Below, piece after piece: positions 40,326 through 56,610 of a DNA stretch of 64,000 nt. A program made the position numbers and the translations under genes. Where the stretch lies: contig CM022671.1 of NCBI GenBank assembly GCA_012295275.1, positions 22,444,001-22,508,000 on the forward strand, read 5' to 3'. A model generated the notes under the pieces. The model was not told the DNA's origin. It saw only the letters and a list, made by a program, of their open reading frames with translations, and did not search any database. Numbering within the stretch: the stretch's first letter is position 1; each line of letters begins with the position of its first letter. This stretch comes from Chrysomallon squamiferum. Lineage: Eukaryota > Animalia > Mollusca.

Positions 40326-43187
40326 TAAGAATGAAACTATATAAAGAGTTATTTTTTAGATGTTTTTTTTAATTATCATTATTATTATTAATATTAGTCA
40401 ACATTATTAATTTTTATAGCCTCTAAATCTATTTAACTAAATTCAAACATAAATGATCATCAGGAATTATGGTTCTGTTTTTTTTATTTTATTTTTTTTA
40501 TTTTAATTTTTTTTTTTTTTTTTGATTTCACTTGATTTTCTGTTTCTTGAAAAAGATTCTTATGTGCGTGTGTTTGTTTGTTTGTTTATAAAACAAACTA
40601 CAGAGAAATCAAACTACATTTATGCCATGGTTTCCGTCATTATCATTCCTCTACGTGGACGATATACGTTACGCCTTATACGTTAGGCACATCTCTATCT
40701 TTGGATACACACCTCGTGGTGACAGTCAAGACTAACACCGTGAGGTCATAGATAATAAGTTCGTTTTACTTGTATTTAACACGAAACATCAAAAGTGAAA
40801 AAAAAAACAAGGAAAATGAATTTGGACTCTCTTGTAAGCACTCTCGCTGTATAATGGCTTAATCAATGTAGTGATCCAGACTCAAAGTGATTTACTTATA
40901 CTGCATGACACCTCGGCGCCCGTACTCCAAAACCTGCTCCTAAATAACCGGTTCTTGTCAACAGCGTTCAAGAGACGGTCGCGACAGAACATAAATTGTC
41001 GAAGCAGCTCATCACGCCTCTAAAACCTATCGGTTATTGCACACGGAGGGTTAATCCCGATAGGCAATAACCCCCACTAGAAGAGGAAAAAACAGCTTGA
41101 AGCTGGCCCTCGGCTCGTTCGCTTTTAAATTATTGCCTACACTTTTGAGGAATTTCAATAACCCACGCCAAAACCCATACACACCCCTGTTTCGGGGAAT
41201 AAAAGACAAGATCTTACACTCTTCGGCTCTTTTATTGAGCTTTAAGTATCCTCGTAGTAAATCATTGTGAAAAGCGTATAGATTTTTAGGCCTTGTTTCT
41301 TCTGCAGATGAAATAAAACAGCCGCCATGTCACCAAAAAAAAAAAAAAAAAAAAAAAAAAAATGAAGAGGATCATGACGTTTTCTGTATTAAAGATTGTA
41401 TTTTTTTTATTTATTTATTTTATATATCATAACACGCCTGGTTTTCTGGCTGGGTGGGTGTGGCTGAGTGTCGTGAAGATGTGGGGTCAGGCTGGCTGTC
41501 TAGCTGGGTGAAATACGACTGGATGATGTCTGGTTAAATATTGTATTTATTTTTAGTCAAGAAGCACCAACTGAGAATTATCTTCTGTAATACAAAATAA
41601 AACAAATATATTACATTCTAGACAACTCGGTCATAATAACCTGTTTTTCAAATAGTAACATGAATATAACAGTAGAAGTAGGAGTAGTAATAGTAGTAGT
41701 AGGAAGAAGAGCATCAGCAGTAGTAATAGAAATAATAGTAACAACAACAGCAATACTAATATAAACAGTACTGCTGCCGGTACAACTATTACTACGTTGT
41801 CTACTACTACTACTACTGCTAATAATAATAATAGTGTCATCATCATCATCATTATTCCAAACTACAAAACAAACAAACTTAAAAAAAAAAAAAAAAAAAA
41901 AAAAAAATGTTTTAAATTAGAATGAGAAAATCGAATCTAATGCGAGAATCAGCCTGAATTTAATAGATTATTCAGATGTAATACGACTAAACTGAAACGT
42001 GGACTATATCCTTATACACATGCTACGCCTGAATATTGACCCACTTTGCGTCTAAAGTTCCGTACATTGTATTGTTTTCTGAATTACGATTTATTGTGTC
42101 TGTAATGTTACTTTCTGTATTAGTATTTTTTATTATCATCATATCGTCGTTACTACTGTTATTATTATTATTATTAATATTGACATCATCATCATTATTG
42201 TTCAGTTCTTTCACCAAATATTTTCTAATATTAATGTGTGTGGAGAAATACAGAAAATTTATTTTCTCTAAAAACAACGTTAAAAAATAGTTTTATTTGT
42301 ATTTTTGTAAAATTATAATTATGCAACATACAAAGATAGTTTTCTTTCTTTATTTCTTTTTATTTACTTTAACCTTATTTATTTTCTTTATTTCTTTTTT
42401 TTTTTTTCTTTTGTTTATTTATTTATTCATTTATTCATTCATTTACTTATTTATATTTATTTATTTATTTATTTATTCACTTACCTACTTTTTTTTTATT
42501 TTTATAATTATTTTATCTTACATAATTTTTTTTTTATTTTTTATTTTTCGATTAATATCACATTAATATTATTTTAAAAATGTTTAATCCCTATTTATTT
42601 ATTATCAATTTAAACGTCCATTTATCCATTCTTTTAAAATTTTATTTATTAGTTCGTTCTCTATTTCATTCATTCATTCCTTTTTTATTCATTCATTCAT
42701 TCTTTATTCATTCATTCGTTCATTCGTCCATCCGTTAATTTTATTTTTTAAATCAGACCATAATTTATAAGTGGCCAGTCTAACATTTTTATTAACACGT
42801 ATGTACTCAGGAACGTGTCTGTTATTAGTGACGATTGTAAATCAAGTATAAGCTGCAATCATAAAATGTCTATCCAGGCTTATCAGGCGAGGTCGAATAC
42901 CAGAACATTTTAACACCTAACTTCTTGTGGTGTTTGTTCAGCTACAAATACTGTATTATAAAACAACTGTATTTTGTTTTATGTCTGGATACAGAGGTCA
43001 GAAATAGATTTATGATTTCTTATAACTAAATATATTCTCATATACATACATGTATACATACCATACATACATACACACTTTACATACACACATACATACT
43101 TTACATACACACATAGATACACACATACATACATACATACATACAAGAAACATAACGTATAATTATACAAAATTATATATATATATA

Positions 43188-43356
<169 letters not shown>

Positions 43357-43773
43357 TACCCCTTTATAATCAATGTAGTCTTGTGCAAATTAGGGCTTCA
43401 TTTTGCAACACATCCAAATAAAGGCCCAAGCATGAAAGCGATGGTGTTTCGATATGAAGCAAACGATATATCCCTATGGCGCCTCCTGGCTTCGTCCGCC
43501 TGTGATTGAAAAAAAAGAAAACGTTCATATTCACAGCAATTTGCTAGCACAGTGAGGACTGCCACATTTTACCCTCGCTGCTGGTGAAAAGACGGCAGAC
43601 GCACGTTGACTGTCACTTTGATCTTCCAGATTACAAGGAGCTGCACAAAGCCCACCCGCAAAGTAACACGCACGTAAACTCGTTTACGACGTCCCTAATA
43701 GACCTTTTTTTTACTATATACGCCACCCAGGTTTGAATTTTTAATTTTTAAATTTGTTTATTTTATTTTATTT

Positions 43774-43807
<34 letters not shown>

Positions 43808-44042
43808 TTTATTTTATTTAGTTATTTATTTTATTTTATTTTGTTTTGTTTTGTTTTGTTTTGTTTTGGTTTTCTTTGTTCATTTATTTATTTTTTATTT
43901 ATTTATTTATTTATTTTATTAATTTTATTTTATTTTATTTTATTTTTATTTATTTATTAAAATATTTTATTTTAGTATGTTTTTAGTTTTAGTTTTATTT
44001 CCATGTAACCTTTTGTTTATTTTTTCATTTATATATATATAG

Positions 44043-44081
<39 letters not shown>

Positions 44082-44584
44082 TATATATTATGTATATATA
44101 GATGTACGTTGTATGTTTATATAAGAATGAATGTTTTTATTTGTTTATATTTTATTCATTCATTCATTCATGTGTTTCAGGATTACAGAAACAATTTGGC
44201 AAGATGAATTTTTCATAATTTATGGTGGATATAAGAAGACATATATATGTATTTATTTATTTTAATTTAAGGTTTTTATTTATTTAGAGTTATTTTTTTA
44301 TTCATTCATTCATTCATTTCTGCGTATTTTCTGTATTTTTTAAATTTTTGTTTTAATATTTATATTATTTAATTCGTCATAACCCGGATTTTCTTCATAT
44401 TTTTTAACTTATTTATTTTATATTATTACACTTTTCATAAAATATAAATCTAAATTACTTCATTTTACTTCATTTCATTTTATTTTGTTCCATAGTTTTA
44501 TTTTTAATTTTAATATTTCTTTTAATCTATTTATTTGCTTTGTTATCTTTATATTTATTTTTTTATTATTATTTATTTATTTAT

Positions 44585-44637
<53 letters not shown>

Positions 44638-46320
44638 CTACATTTTTCATGTTACTTGTGTTTTTATTTATTTATTTATTTATAAATTTATTTATTTATT
44701 TCATTGCTTTATTTATTCGTATCTTTAAAATCTTTAAAAAAATTCTCTTGCTGAAAAAAAAAAAAAAAAAAAAAATGATATGTAAACACATTTGTTTCGG
44801 CTAAAAACTAGTGTTGCTCTGCTTTCAGTTTTATTTTTTTAAAAAGCCCCTTTAAACAACCACGTTTAAGCAAAAAAGTCTACAAACGTTACTTACGAAG
44901 GACCTGCAAATTACACTGGCATTTGCCGCGAATATTTGTCTTAAACTTAGTCGCATCGTTCCGCTGACGAAACAATAGTTTCACACAGTAACGAGAACAA
45001 ACAACATGTAGACGAAAAGACGCGAAAGAGTCGCTCTCCTGTTTGCAGACGTTTTTAGCAACATACAGCGAGACTGTGTCGTTCGGAAGTGCTCGGATAG
45101 TTTCGGCAAACGGTTAATCCGACTTCGGAATGTTACGTTTTTCGTACGAGTATGAGGGAAAAGAAGAGAGGAAAAAAAATATAACAGCTTTTGTTGAGTC
45201 TGTTGTTTGATTAGATTTTCAAAAATAATTTAATTATTAATTTTTCCTGTATTTTGTTTTGTGTATATTTATATATGTGTAAGTATGTATTATATATCTA
45301 GGTGTGTATGTTTGTGTATGTGTGTACGTGTATATTTATATGTTTTTTACATGCGTATGATTTTATGTATGTATATATGTGTGTGTATGTATTTTTGTAA
45401 GAACGAACGGACGTATGTGTCTGTATAATGTATAATATGTATGTATGAACGTATACGTATGACAAACATGGCTGTTTAACAGATTTTGAATCAACAACCT
45501 AACAACTGTTTCACTCTCTCATTGATCACATCGAAATCCACAAATCCAAGCTAAAAATACCACCCACCAACCAGCCTTGTCATTTTAATTTATTTACATC
45601 GGCCGCCAGTCTAAGTGTTCCAGCTGACTGTTAGGAGGGGACGGGGAAAGGAAGAGCGTCTGCCATAGCGAGAAAAAAAAAAAAAAAAAAAAAAATCCTT
45701 GACCGCGTTGACAAGCTTATGTAAACGTCTGAACGCCTCTTTTTAAAAAAAAAAAAAAAAAAATGTGTGACTGCACAAATCCGTGCAAACGTCCCACATG
45801 ATAACTTTTTGAAGAAAAAAAAAATAAAAAAAAATCCTCTGGACGAAGCAGTAGACTGTGTGTGTAAGACGCGTTGCGCTGCTGTATTTAAACGCGGTCT
45901 GGGGCCTGTCTATTGGCGGTTCGAGCGATCGTCGCCAGCGAGAGCCGCTCGCCTAAGAGGAAACGGATTTCGGATCGCCAGATTTGTCAAACATATCTGT
46001 TGTAACCGAAGCCGTGTTGATGTGTATCTGTGTACATTGTTTGAGATAGAGAAAATTGGAAGGGAGGAGGATATGCTGGAGTGTGCCGGCTTGTGCGTGG
46101 TGGTGGCGGCGGCTTTCGAAGACGTGGGAGGTTTTCTGGGGTTTTTTTTTTGTTGAATAATCTAATTAACATTATTTCAGTAGATTTAATTAGTAGTTAC
46201 GTACTTCCGTATATAAAACTGACCATTCTGATGTAATTTATATATTGAAATACGTACACATAAATGCTTGTATCGTTATCGTTAATTAATGCATATTACA
46301 GTGTATGCTGGTTTTATTTT

Positions 46321-46395
<75 letters not shown>

Positions 46396-47882
46396 ACACA
46401 CACACGTTTATAAATTTTAATTCAGACTGTTTTTCTGTTTTCGAACAAATTAAATGATATGAAAATCGCGCGAAGATAATATAAAAAGTTGGCCAAGATA
46501 TACATTTCTTTAGCAAATAGATTAACAATTATGACTATATATGTGAAAAAAAAATTTATAACTGTAACTTACGAATGTTAATTTAATTATGACATTGTGA
46601 TCATAACTAGATAACTGGTTACTCTAAACCATAAAAATATAATCAATTTTCATTGCTCATTTAAAACAGCGTAATCAACAAATAAATTATTTTCCTTATC
46701 TTTTATATATAAAAAAAAAAAATAATAATAATAATAATAAATAAATAAATAATAAAATAATAATAATAATAAAATCCAGTAACCAAAAACGAGAGAAACC
46801 AATTCACTCAGTCACTAAACAATATAATAAAGATACGTTCTTTAGATAGTAGTTTATTTTCCAATTTTTCCCGCGCAATGAATTCAATCGATCGAGAACG
46901 TGTTTTCGCGGTGTACAGTTTACGACTTTTTCATTACAGTGGGCGTCCCTTTGATCGGCTGCGTTTCACCATATTGGTGTGTTATGTGCCTTTTATTATT
47001 AAAGCATAAATTATTTCTTTCTTTCTATTAAGAAAGTAAAAAAAAAAAAAAAAAAGAACCCGTGACTGGAAAAACGAGTCGACTGATAAGAACCGAGATG
47101 GAGATGAAACTTAACGTTAAAAGCGGTGTGGGTGGTGCGAAGCCCTTTGTAACATGCAAACGTGAAATACATAAACTAAACGCGGTCAAAAGGGAACTGA
47201 AATAAGTCTTAACCGATACTGCTTACTCTATTGACAAAGATTTTCACACCTCCGTGATTAAAATTTCTCCCTTGTACGCAGTTATCTGAGCGACGCCAAC
47301 ATGGTTCGTGTGCACATAATTAAATGACGTTTAGCGCAAGATTAGAGAGTTTTCTGTACAACAGAGAGAGACCGATAATAATGCTCGAGGAACCATTTTA
47401 TGTTCATGTATTATGTGGACATTTCAATACAATTAAAGCCGGCTTTTTTTATTAGAAGTGTTTGGATGTAAATAGTTTTAAAATGCCGTAAATCGTAATT
47501 TAAAAATATTTCCAAATCCTGTCAGTTAAATTGATATGATAAGTAAAATTTTGGAAAATACTATTTATTGATTGTAGTTAATTATATAGAAGAAATAATA
47601 AAACATTTTTTTATATTATTTAATGTTTTGGGGAATATGGATTTGAGCGTTTTTATTATTATTATTATTATTATTTCTCCATTTTCCTTCTTTTTAATCA
47701 CTATGATTAAAAAAAAAAAAAAATCAGACACAGTTGTTAATATTAAATATATCGTTAAACACATTTGCAGAGATTATTTAAAAAAAGAAAAAAGAAATAA
47801 AGACAGTAATTAAGAAGGAAAAAAAAGGTTCAGATAAAGATAAACAAAATATGTAAAAGAAAAAAGAAAAAAGAAATTTTCT

Positions 47883-47922
<40 letters not shown>

Positions 47923-49054
47923 TGACCTGCAGTCACACACATGAAAAGAAAACGAGAAAGATGAAAAAAAAAAAAAAAAAAAAAAAAAAATAGTCCGTGC
48001 ATAAACACGGTGTCAAACAGAAATCAGAACGGTTGAACATTTACAATACTTGACTAGCGCTGATCCCAATCATCTCCTTAACGTCGAGAAACAAAAAAAG
48101 AAGATCGCGAAATCTCTTACGAAACGCCGCGATAATTGACAAACATCTGATCAACTGTACCGGAAGTGCCTTTCGCCATCAGCCCACACGGAGGCTGATG
48201 AGTGCAGGGACTGCTTCCCCGAGTCTCAGCGCCACCTAGCTATGACATACAGCACCCGTAACCCCCGATTACGACACCCATCTGGCGTCAGACAAGCAAA
48301 CGCGATGCTGTCTTCATAATACCAGAGTTGTCGTACTGTGGAGATTGGAGTTTCTCGGGAGCATTGTGTGCCGTCAATGTCGTGAATGTGTGCATTGTCG
48401 CGCTGGTTGAAATATTTGTAAGAACAAAAGCTGTGAGAAAAATGTCGTTTGCAAATCGCCTTGTCTATAACAATTAGTCTGAGGTTGGAAGAAACAAATT
48501 GGCAAGAGAGAACTTTGTTTCTTTTTGTTATTACCGTGAAAGATTTTTTTTTTAGTTGTTTTGGGGTTTGTTTATTTATTGAATTTATATGAATAATTCT
48601 ATTCTGTACATTTATTTATTTATCGATCTATCTGTCTGTCTATTTCTTTGCATCTTTATAAATTAACTTGATCACTCGATAAGTTAATTTCAAATTGATG
48701 AAAAAAATTAATTATTTATTTTCGCAAACTATTACTACTACTATTACTACTACTACTACTACTACTACAACAACTACTAATACTACTACTACTACTAATA
48801 ATAATAATAATAATAACAGTAATAACAACAATAATAATAAAAAAAATAAGAAGAACAATAAGAAGAACAACAATAACAATAAGAACAACAACAACAACAA
48901 TAATAATAATTTCTGCTATAACTTTCTCTTAAAACGTATCACAAGTACCAGTATTACAAATCAGCTAATGACGAAAGTGCAAAAAGAAAAGAAAGAAAAG
49001 AAAAAAATCAAACAAACAAAGCCTCCCCCCTAAAAAAAAAAAAATACTCCATCT

Positions 49055-49069
49055 GGCGTCCATCAGTCT
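49055..49069 (+). promoter_or_regulatory. Candidate BMP-Smad composite element GGCGTC-N5-GTCT
   Basis: GGCGTC CATCA GTCT matches the GRCGNC(N5)GTCT Mad/Medea (Smad1/5-Smad4) spacing. Confidence 0.4.
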
Positions 49070-49633
49070 AGTGTTAAACAATGGCTTCTTATGTCTCTTT
49101 ACGCCAGCCAGGTTCGTCTGTATTTGTCATTACTGCTAAATATTTTCATATTCATATTGACCAACAAATATCGGATTTATCATCGCCGGCGTTTTGACCT
49201 GGTCAGCTGTGCTGTTGATCGTTTAAATATGGCTTCCTCTTTCCTCTTGCTCTTGCCCCCGTCGTCTCGTCTCCCTCCTCGTGCTGTGACGTCGATAACA
49301 TCACACACAGTGGTAGTGATGCAAAAAAACAAAAAGCGACCTATATATATAAGTAGACGGAAACAGATCTATCATACGCTGCTTTACCAAGACATGGATA
49401 GTGCCAGTGCAGCATGATGAAGATTAAAAACAACAACCACCAAATTACCACCCCTAAAAAAAAAACCTCCCTAAAAAAAAAAAAAAAAACAACCCCCAAA
49501 AAAAAACCCAAAACAGCAATCACCATTACCTTCCTAAAAAGAAAAAAAAAATAAGAAAAACCAAAAAAAATAAAAAAATAAAAAAAAAAAAAAAAAACAA
49601 AACCACCACCACCACCATCACCAAAAAAAAACG

Positions 49634-49668
<35 letters not shown>

Positions 49669-49779
49669 AATAATAATAATAATAATAATAATAGTAATAT
49701 AATAATAATAATATTATTAAATAAATAAAAAGCAACAACAGCAACAGCATCAACACTACAAAGTTCAACTACAACGAGT

Positions 49780-49812
<33 letters not shown>

Positions 49813-50241
49813 AATAATAATAATAATAATAATAATAATCATAATAATAATAATAGTGTTTTGGTAATAATTACCCATTTCAACCTGTTTTTCATTCCGG
49901 TACAATCATTAACCGCTCTGGGAAAGACTTCATTATAACGTGGCATTACAAACAAACAAAACAAACAAAATACAAACAAAAAAAACGGGAAATTATCAAG
50001 GTTTATAATTCGGCTCGGTTCGTGTTTGCTGTTTGTCCCTCGTTTGTGTTAGATCAATATAACAATAAATATGAAAAGTGTGAGAATTACACTGTTTGAG
50101 TTGACACTGGTCAGCGTATAATACATTTTCTTGTTGACATTTCCTTGAATTTCATTTCGCAAATCAAGAACAATCGAGCAGTGTCAACATCCAGCGAAGA
50201 TTCAGTGTCAACATTTTTGCTTGTTCAAAATTATATATATA

Positions 50242-50277
<36 letters not shown>

Positions 50278-50422
50278 AGATCTTGTGCGTGCATATAAGT
50301 GTATAACAGCAAGAAGGACTGATGTAATAAGAATTAAAGGATGTTTTATTTGTTCATTTTTATAAATAATAATAATAATAATAATAATAAGAATAAGAAT
50401 AAGAATAAGAATAAGAATAAGA

Positions 50423-50454
<32 letters not shown>

Positions 50455-51149
50455 TCTACAACTTTGACAATAACGAGAAACGTATGACAACTAAAACAAC
50501 AATAATTACACTAATAACCTTGGAAATCATTTTATTACAACAATAACAAAAAACAAAAAACAAACAGCAATAATAATATGAATAAAATTATTTATTCATT
50601 TACTTATTTTATCTTTCACTTACGTACTTACATACATAAACATTTACTTTCTCGTTACTAAAAGACCACAGCAACAAAATAAAAAACTGGATAAAAATAA
50701 ATAGATATTTTTGTACTGTATCGTTCTCAGTGAACCCATTACAGAATTTATTTACAATATTTTGCCATGGACTTACTCGCATATTTAGCCCACCATATGC
50801 ATCCTCGAATGAGTCATCATACAGACCAGCTAATCATTTACTGTCATTACATAAAACTCTTGTTTATTTAGCGTCTGCGTTTATTTTCTAAAAAAAAAAA
50901 AAAAAAAAAAAATTCTTATAATTTATTTTCTTTGTAATCTGAGAACTACTGAAATTCACAGGAGCTACGTCTCCTAGTATCATTCATCAGTTCGGTTTAT
51001 AGCCATTCATGAAAGTTTTGAGTTTTTTATAAATAAATAAATAAATGAGAAATAAAAGGACATTACACACACACATACAACCACACTCATGCACATGCAT
51101 ATATATTAAAATTTCCTCTTATTTGTGTATTTATTTATTTATTTCGTTT

Positions 51150-51200
<51 letters not shown>

Positions 51201-51236
51201 GCACACATACACACACACACAATAAAATAACAAAGA

Positions 51237-51308
<72 letters not shown>

Positions 51309-51922
51309 TATTAATATTGACATAAAATTATTATTTAACTATAAATAAACAAATAAATAGATTAGTGGGTAAGGAAGTAACTAAATAAATTAAATATCTA
51401 ATTATATTTTACCCGCCCCGCCACACCCTTGTTCTTCCCTCTCCTTTAATCATAAACTCCCTGCGATGAATGTTCAACGCTTAATCGATAAATTAAATTT
51501 TAAAAATTAATAATAATAATAATAATAAAAAATAATAATAATAAATTAGAAACGACAACAAAACAACGCCAACCCCAAAATATTTTTTTATTTTTTTTGA
51601 ATTACATGAAAACTTTCTTTGATATATAGGCTATATATATATATATATATATGTATATACCTGTCCGCCCTAAACGTTGAAAATTCCTGTTTCTCTCCAG
51701 GTGTCAATATATATGCAACGGTGTCTGCTGCGAGAGGTGAAGTCCACACAGTGAGGCGCCTCGGTGGCGAAAAGAGACGAAATTAAACGACAAATGTTTA
51801 CTTTCACACCGCTGCAGCATTTGAACTTTTCAAAATGTTACACTCCAAAGAACCGCGAGTCGTCAACTCAGTTCGTTTGTCTCGCTCGTTGTCGACACGA
51901 TTAGAGAGTGTTCCTGGTGAAC

Positions 51923-52078
<156 letters not shown>

Positions 52079-53869
52079 ATATACGTGAATAACTGTTTAA
52101 TTATGTATGTGCATTATTTTAGTGTGAGAGTGAACGAGGTCTTTGCATATTCATGCTTTAATATTTAGAATCGTTAATTAGTTTTATTATTTTCTTCGAC
52201 TATGATCACCATCATCATTATTTTTAGGCTTTAAAGCAATATTACGTTTTCAAATTTTGTTTTTACTCTTTTATATTTTTATTATGATTATCAACGGAAA
52301 CATCATCGTCTTCATCATCATCATCGTTATTATTATTACAACATATTTTATTAATATTTACATTATTTTATACATAGCTAACTTCATTATACTACCACCG
52401 GTTTCTTACTTATTTCCGAAAAATAATAATAATAAATAAATAAATTAATTAAAAATTAAAAATTAATAATTAAAAATTAATGGACCCAGAAAACAAACGT
52501 AAAATATGAACGTAATTAAAGTGTCAAACGCGACTTGACCGGAGTTGAGTAATTTACATCTGCGATATATCGGGGTTATCTTTCATGCGGTACATACCGA
52601 TAATGAGCTAACGTATCGGTTACTCGTGTTTGGCATGTCGAAATCGGTGACAACTGGCCGACAGAAGGCTGCGATGAATTCCGAGATAATTTCGTATCGG
52701 TTACGAAATGCTCTCGACGGCCACATGTCAGATCGGTTCACAACTCCGTACGAGAAATTTCGCTTGCTCGGGTGAATTCGTGACTGCTCGGGTGGTTACG
52801 TGATTGATCGTGTCAAAACAATCAGTGATACGAGAATATTGGATTATCCCGTAACATTTGGACATATTTCGTATTGGACGAGAATTTTTGTTATTTGATC
52901 GCTGAGATGTTATTATTTGTATATAAGGTTATTTTTTTTTTTTGTAATAAATTAATTAATTTATTAAGTAGATAAATAAAGCATATTATGTAGGTGAGTA
53001 AATTAGTAAGTAAAGAAATTAAATGTTTTTAAAACATTTATATTTTTACACCATCCCTTTAATCGTAAACTCTTCTTTTAAAAATAATATATTTCTTCTC
53101 ATTCTTAACAATATTAAATAATCAGATCAACTTAAAATGAAACAATGCACTATAAATAATTCGATGGTTTACTTTTCAGTAAATATTCATATAAACACAT
53201 TTTCACTTACACAACCAACTACAGACAAGCTTAATTTTGACAAATATAATATTTGTACATATCTTTGCATACGTTGATATAAAATGATCTACGTGTGTAT
53301 GTGTGTGTGTGTGTGCATGTATGAATGTATGTGTGTATGTGTATATGCATGTATACATGTATGTATATGTGTGTATATATATATGTATGTATGTTTATAT
53401 GTTTGTATGCCTGCATTTTTAATCTAGCTATAATTAATGTGTATATCGGTATCTATATATTTCATATGTACTCATATCTAAAATTATATATATGTATTTA
53501 TATGCAGATACATAATTGTGTACGTAATTTATATATATATAATTGTTATTTGCTTATCATCTACAAATACACTAATCACTCACATTTCTGTATAAACAAA
53601 CATTTCTTTCATCACAAAGATTCTCGCTGTTAAGATGAAGCCGCTGTGATTTCAAAATGGAGGAAGTGTCTTAGTGGAAGATACACAAGTAAACAAGTTG
53701 TTCATCAAAACGTAAAACAAGAAGAAAGAAAGAAAGAAAAGAAAGAAAGAAAGATAGAAGAAAGCAAAGAAAGAAAGAAAGATTACAAATAATAATAAAT
53801 AATAATAATTTAAAAAATAATAATAATTAGTAATCATTTTAAAACAAATAGTAATAAATTATAATTTAA

Positions 53870-53945
<76 letters not shown>

Positions 53946-54174
53946 CAGGAAAGAAAGTGTACCCATCTGTCTGTCGTCATTAAAGGGGATTAGGGGAACA
54001 AAAAATGCTCCACCTTTCCGCTGTTTACGTTTGTGTTGTGTAAATTATTCATTAACACACACTGTGACCTCAGTCGGTGTTAATGTGACCATTAGAATTT
54101 TTATTTAAACTTCGCGTAATTTAAAAATCTACAAAATTCGGACGCAAATAAATCACAGACATAATTGACGCGAC

Positions 54175-54208
<34 letters not shown>

Positions 54209-54334
54209 CTTTTGAGTGTTTAAATTAAGAACAAAGGATAATAAAATTCTAACAAAGAGATAGGTTTTTTGCTGTTTTATTGTTTCTTTGTTTCTTTGTT
54301 TATTTATTTAGTTCGTCAGTTATTATAAAAATAA

Positions 54335-54410
<76 letters not shown>

Positions 54411-54576
54411 TAATTATATTTAACTATTTATTTTATTTATTTTATATTTTTTTGGAAGTTGTTTCTTTTGTCTTCTGTGTTAACATTTATCCAGATAAAC
54501 AAATAATAAAACAAAACAAAGAAATGATGATTTGATCTGAAAAGAAAATATGAATGTATCTTTCAAAGTCGTCTTT

Positions 54577-54696
<120 letters not shown>

Positions 54697-55462
54697 ACTT
54701 ACAAAGTAACACACTGACGAAATAACACGTACGGACGGACATCGCACGAAACCACAGACAGACCGTCATAAACCATCCAAACGTGCGTTTGACAGCGGCA
54801 CTCTGAAAAGCGAGGCGTTGGACCTGGCGTCATCTTTCTGACACCCTGACTGGAACGAGGGACGTTCACGGATCAACTCAGCAGACCGTCTTTCAAGCGA
54901 ACACGCCGAACGGGACCGCGCCAAAGTGGATCAGACACCGCTTCTCTTTTCCTGATGGGTCTCACACCACCTTTAGGCTGACGTTGGTGCCAAGCTGAAA
55001 ATTGCCTAAAAGCATAACCGAGTTCGAACAGCCCGGTCCTGTCAGTTTCCCCCCACTCCACTCCACTCTCTCTCTCTCTCTCTCGGCGCTGACCATTCGT
55101 CACCTTTCACGGTTTTTCACAAGCGCCCGCCTCGTAAGTTTTCCGTCTCGTTTGGTCGCGGTGTTAGCCCCTATCAGCGCGCTTAATTATCGCCCAGTCG
55201 GGGAGGAGTGGCAGAGGAATTATCCGTTTAAAATAATCTGACAAACAATATGCCCGCTACGAGGTCGAATCCGATAAGAGCCGGCTTTTTAGGCTGGCCT
55301 TCGTTAAGGTGGTCGTGTAAGCTGTTAACTTGTCCGACGCCGGAATTAAGTCATCATGTGACGTGATGTTAATTAGAGTTTCTCTCTCGTTACGTGTTTC
55401 GTCAGTTTAAAAATTACTTTTGTCTGCAGAGTTGTTGATTCTTTGTTCTTCTTTCTTTCATT

Positions 55463-55497
<35 letters not shown>

Positions 55498-56207
55498 TCA
55501 GAAATGTAAATATGCTAAGAATATTAGCCAGACGTAGGCTATATTTTAAAAATACTTTTATGTTAAAGTTTCGATTAATAAATTAGATGGCAATAATTTT
55601 GGTTTTGTTCATGGGCAAAGAGTAACGTCCAAATTATGTAAAAAAAAAATGTTTTTGTATGATGATGTTCAGAATGTTGTTCCTGACGATGATGATGATG
55701 ATTATGATGATTGTTTATTATTATTATTATTATTATTAACCTGATAAAAATTACGATAATGACAGCAGCTTAATGAGGGCAGCATGACTCAAAGAAAGAA
55801 AGAAAAAAAAAAAAAAACGAAAAATAATAAACTCTAGAAAATCTTTTTTGTAACAAAATTTTTATTCAAACTCAAGTACCTTCACTGAATATCAGCTTCT
55901 CTTAGCATTTGACTTTCAAAGCAGAAAAAAAAAAAAAAAATTGAGAATGCTCTTCAACAAGATTTCAGTAACTTCTCAATTTCCAGAAGACACGGGCGAG
56001 GACAGGTTAATGACTAGGTTGAAAGATATTTTAATTTGGCGTTAAAATAAAGAAATAAATACAGCTTATCGCGCTGCTGGTGAAAAGAAAATTATCTTGG
56101 TCTCATTTCATGCCGTCTAGTTCCTTAGTCTGAAAGAAGAAATAATAAAGCGGACGAGTTATTGAGGTGTTGTTGTATGTATTAGTAGTAGAACGAGTAA
56201 TAGTAGT

Positions 56208-56248
<41 letters not shown>

Positions 56249-56610
56249 TAGTTTTAGTAATAATAATAATAATAATAATACAGACTAAGAATGCCTTTAC
56301 CGAAATGTAACATTTTAAATAATTATTTTGCTACAAATAAAGTTTATGCTGCACAGTAAAAAAAAATCGCATTTCAGAGCTTTTCATACTGCAATATTAA
56401 TTATTGTTTCTAGTATTAACTTATGACTTGAAAAAAGAAAGAAAAGAAAGAAAGAAAAAAAAAGGTTGAACGAAAAGAAAAGATTGACACGAATGAAAGT
56501 AAATTTAAAATAAGATTCGAAAAAATAACGAAAACATAAAGAAATGAACGAAACTGAAGGAAGAAACAAAGAAAAAGAAACAGAAACATACCTGTAGACA
56601 AACAATGTGA

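Noticed and set aside
45767-46156. 129-aa ORF in a downstream island
   Set aside because: GTG start, poly-A/T derived segments, no recognisable domain or splice structure.
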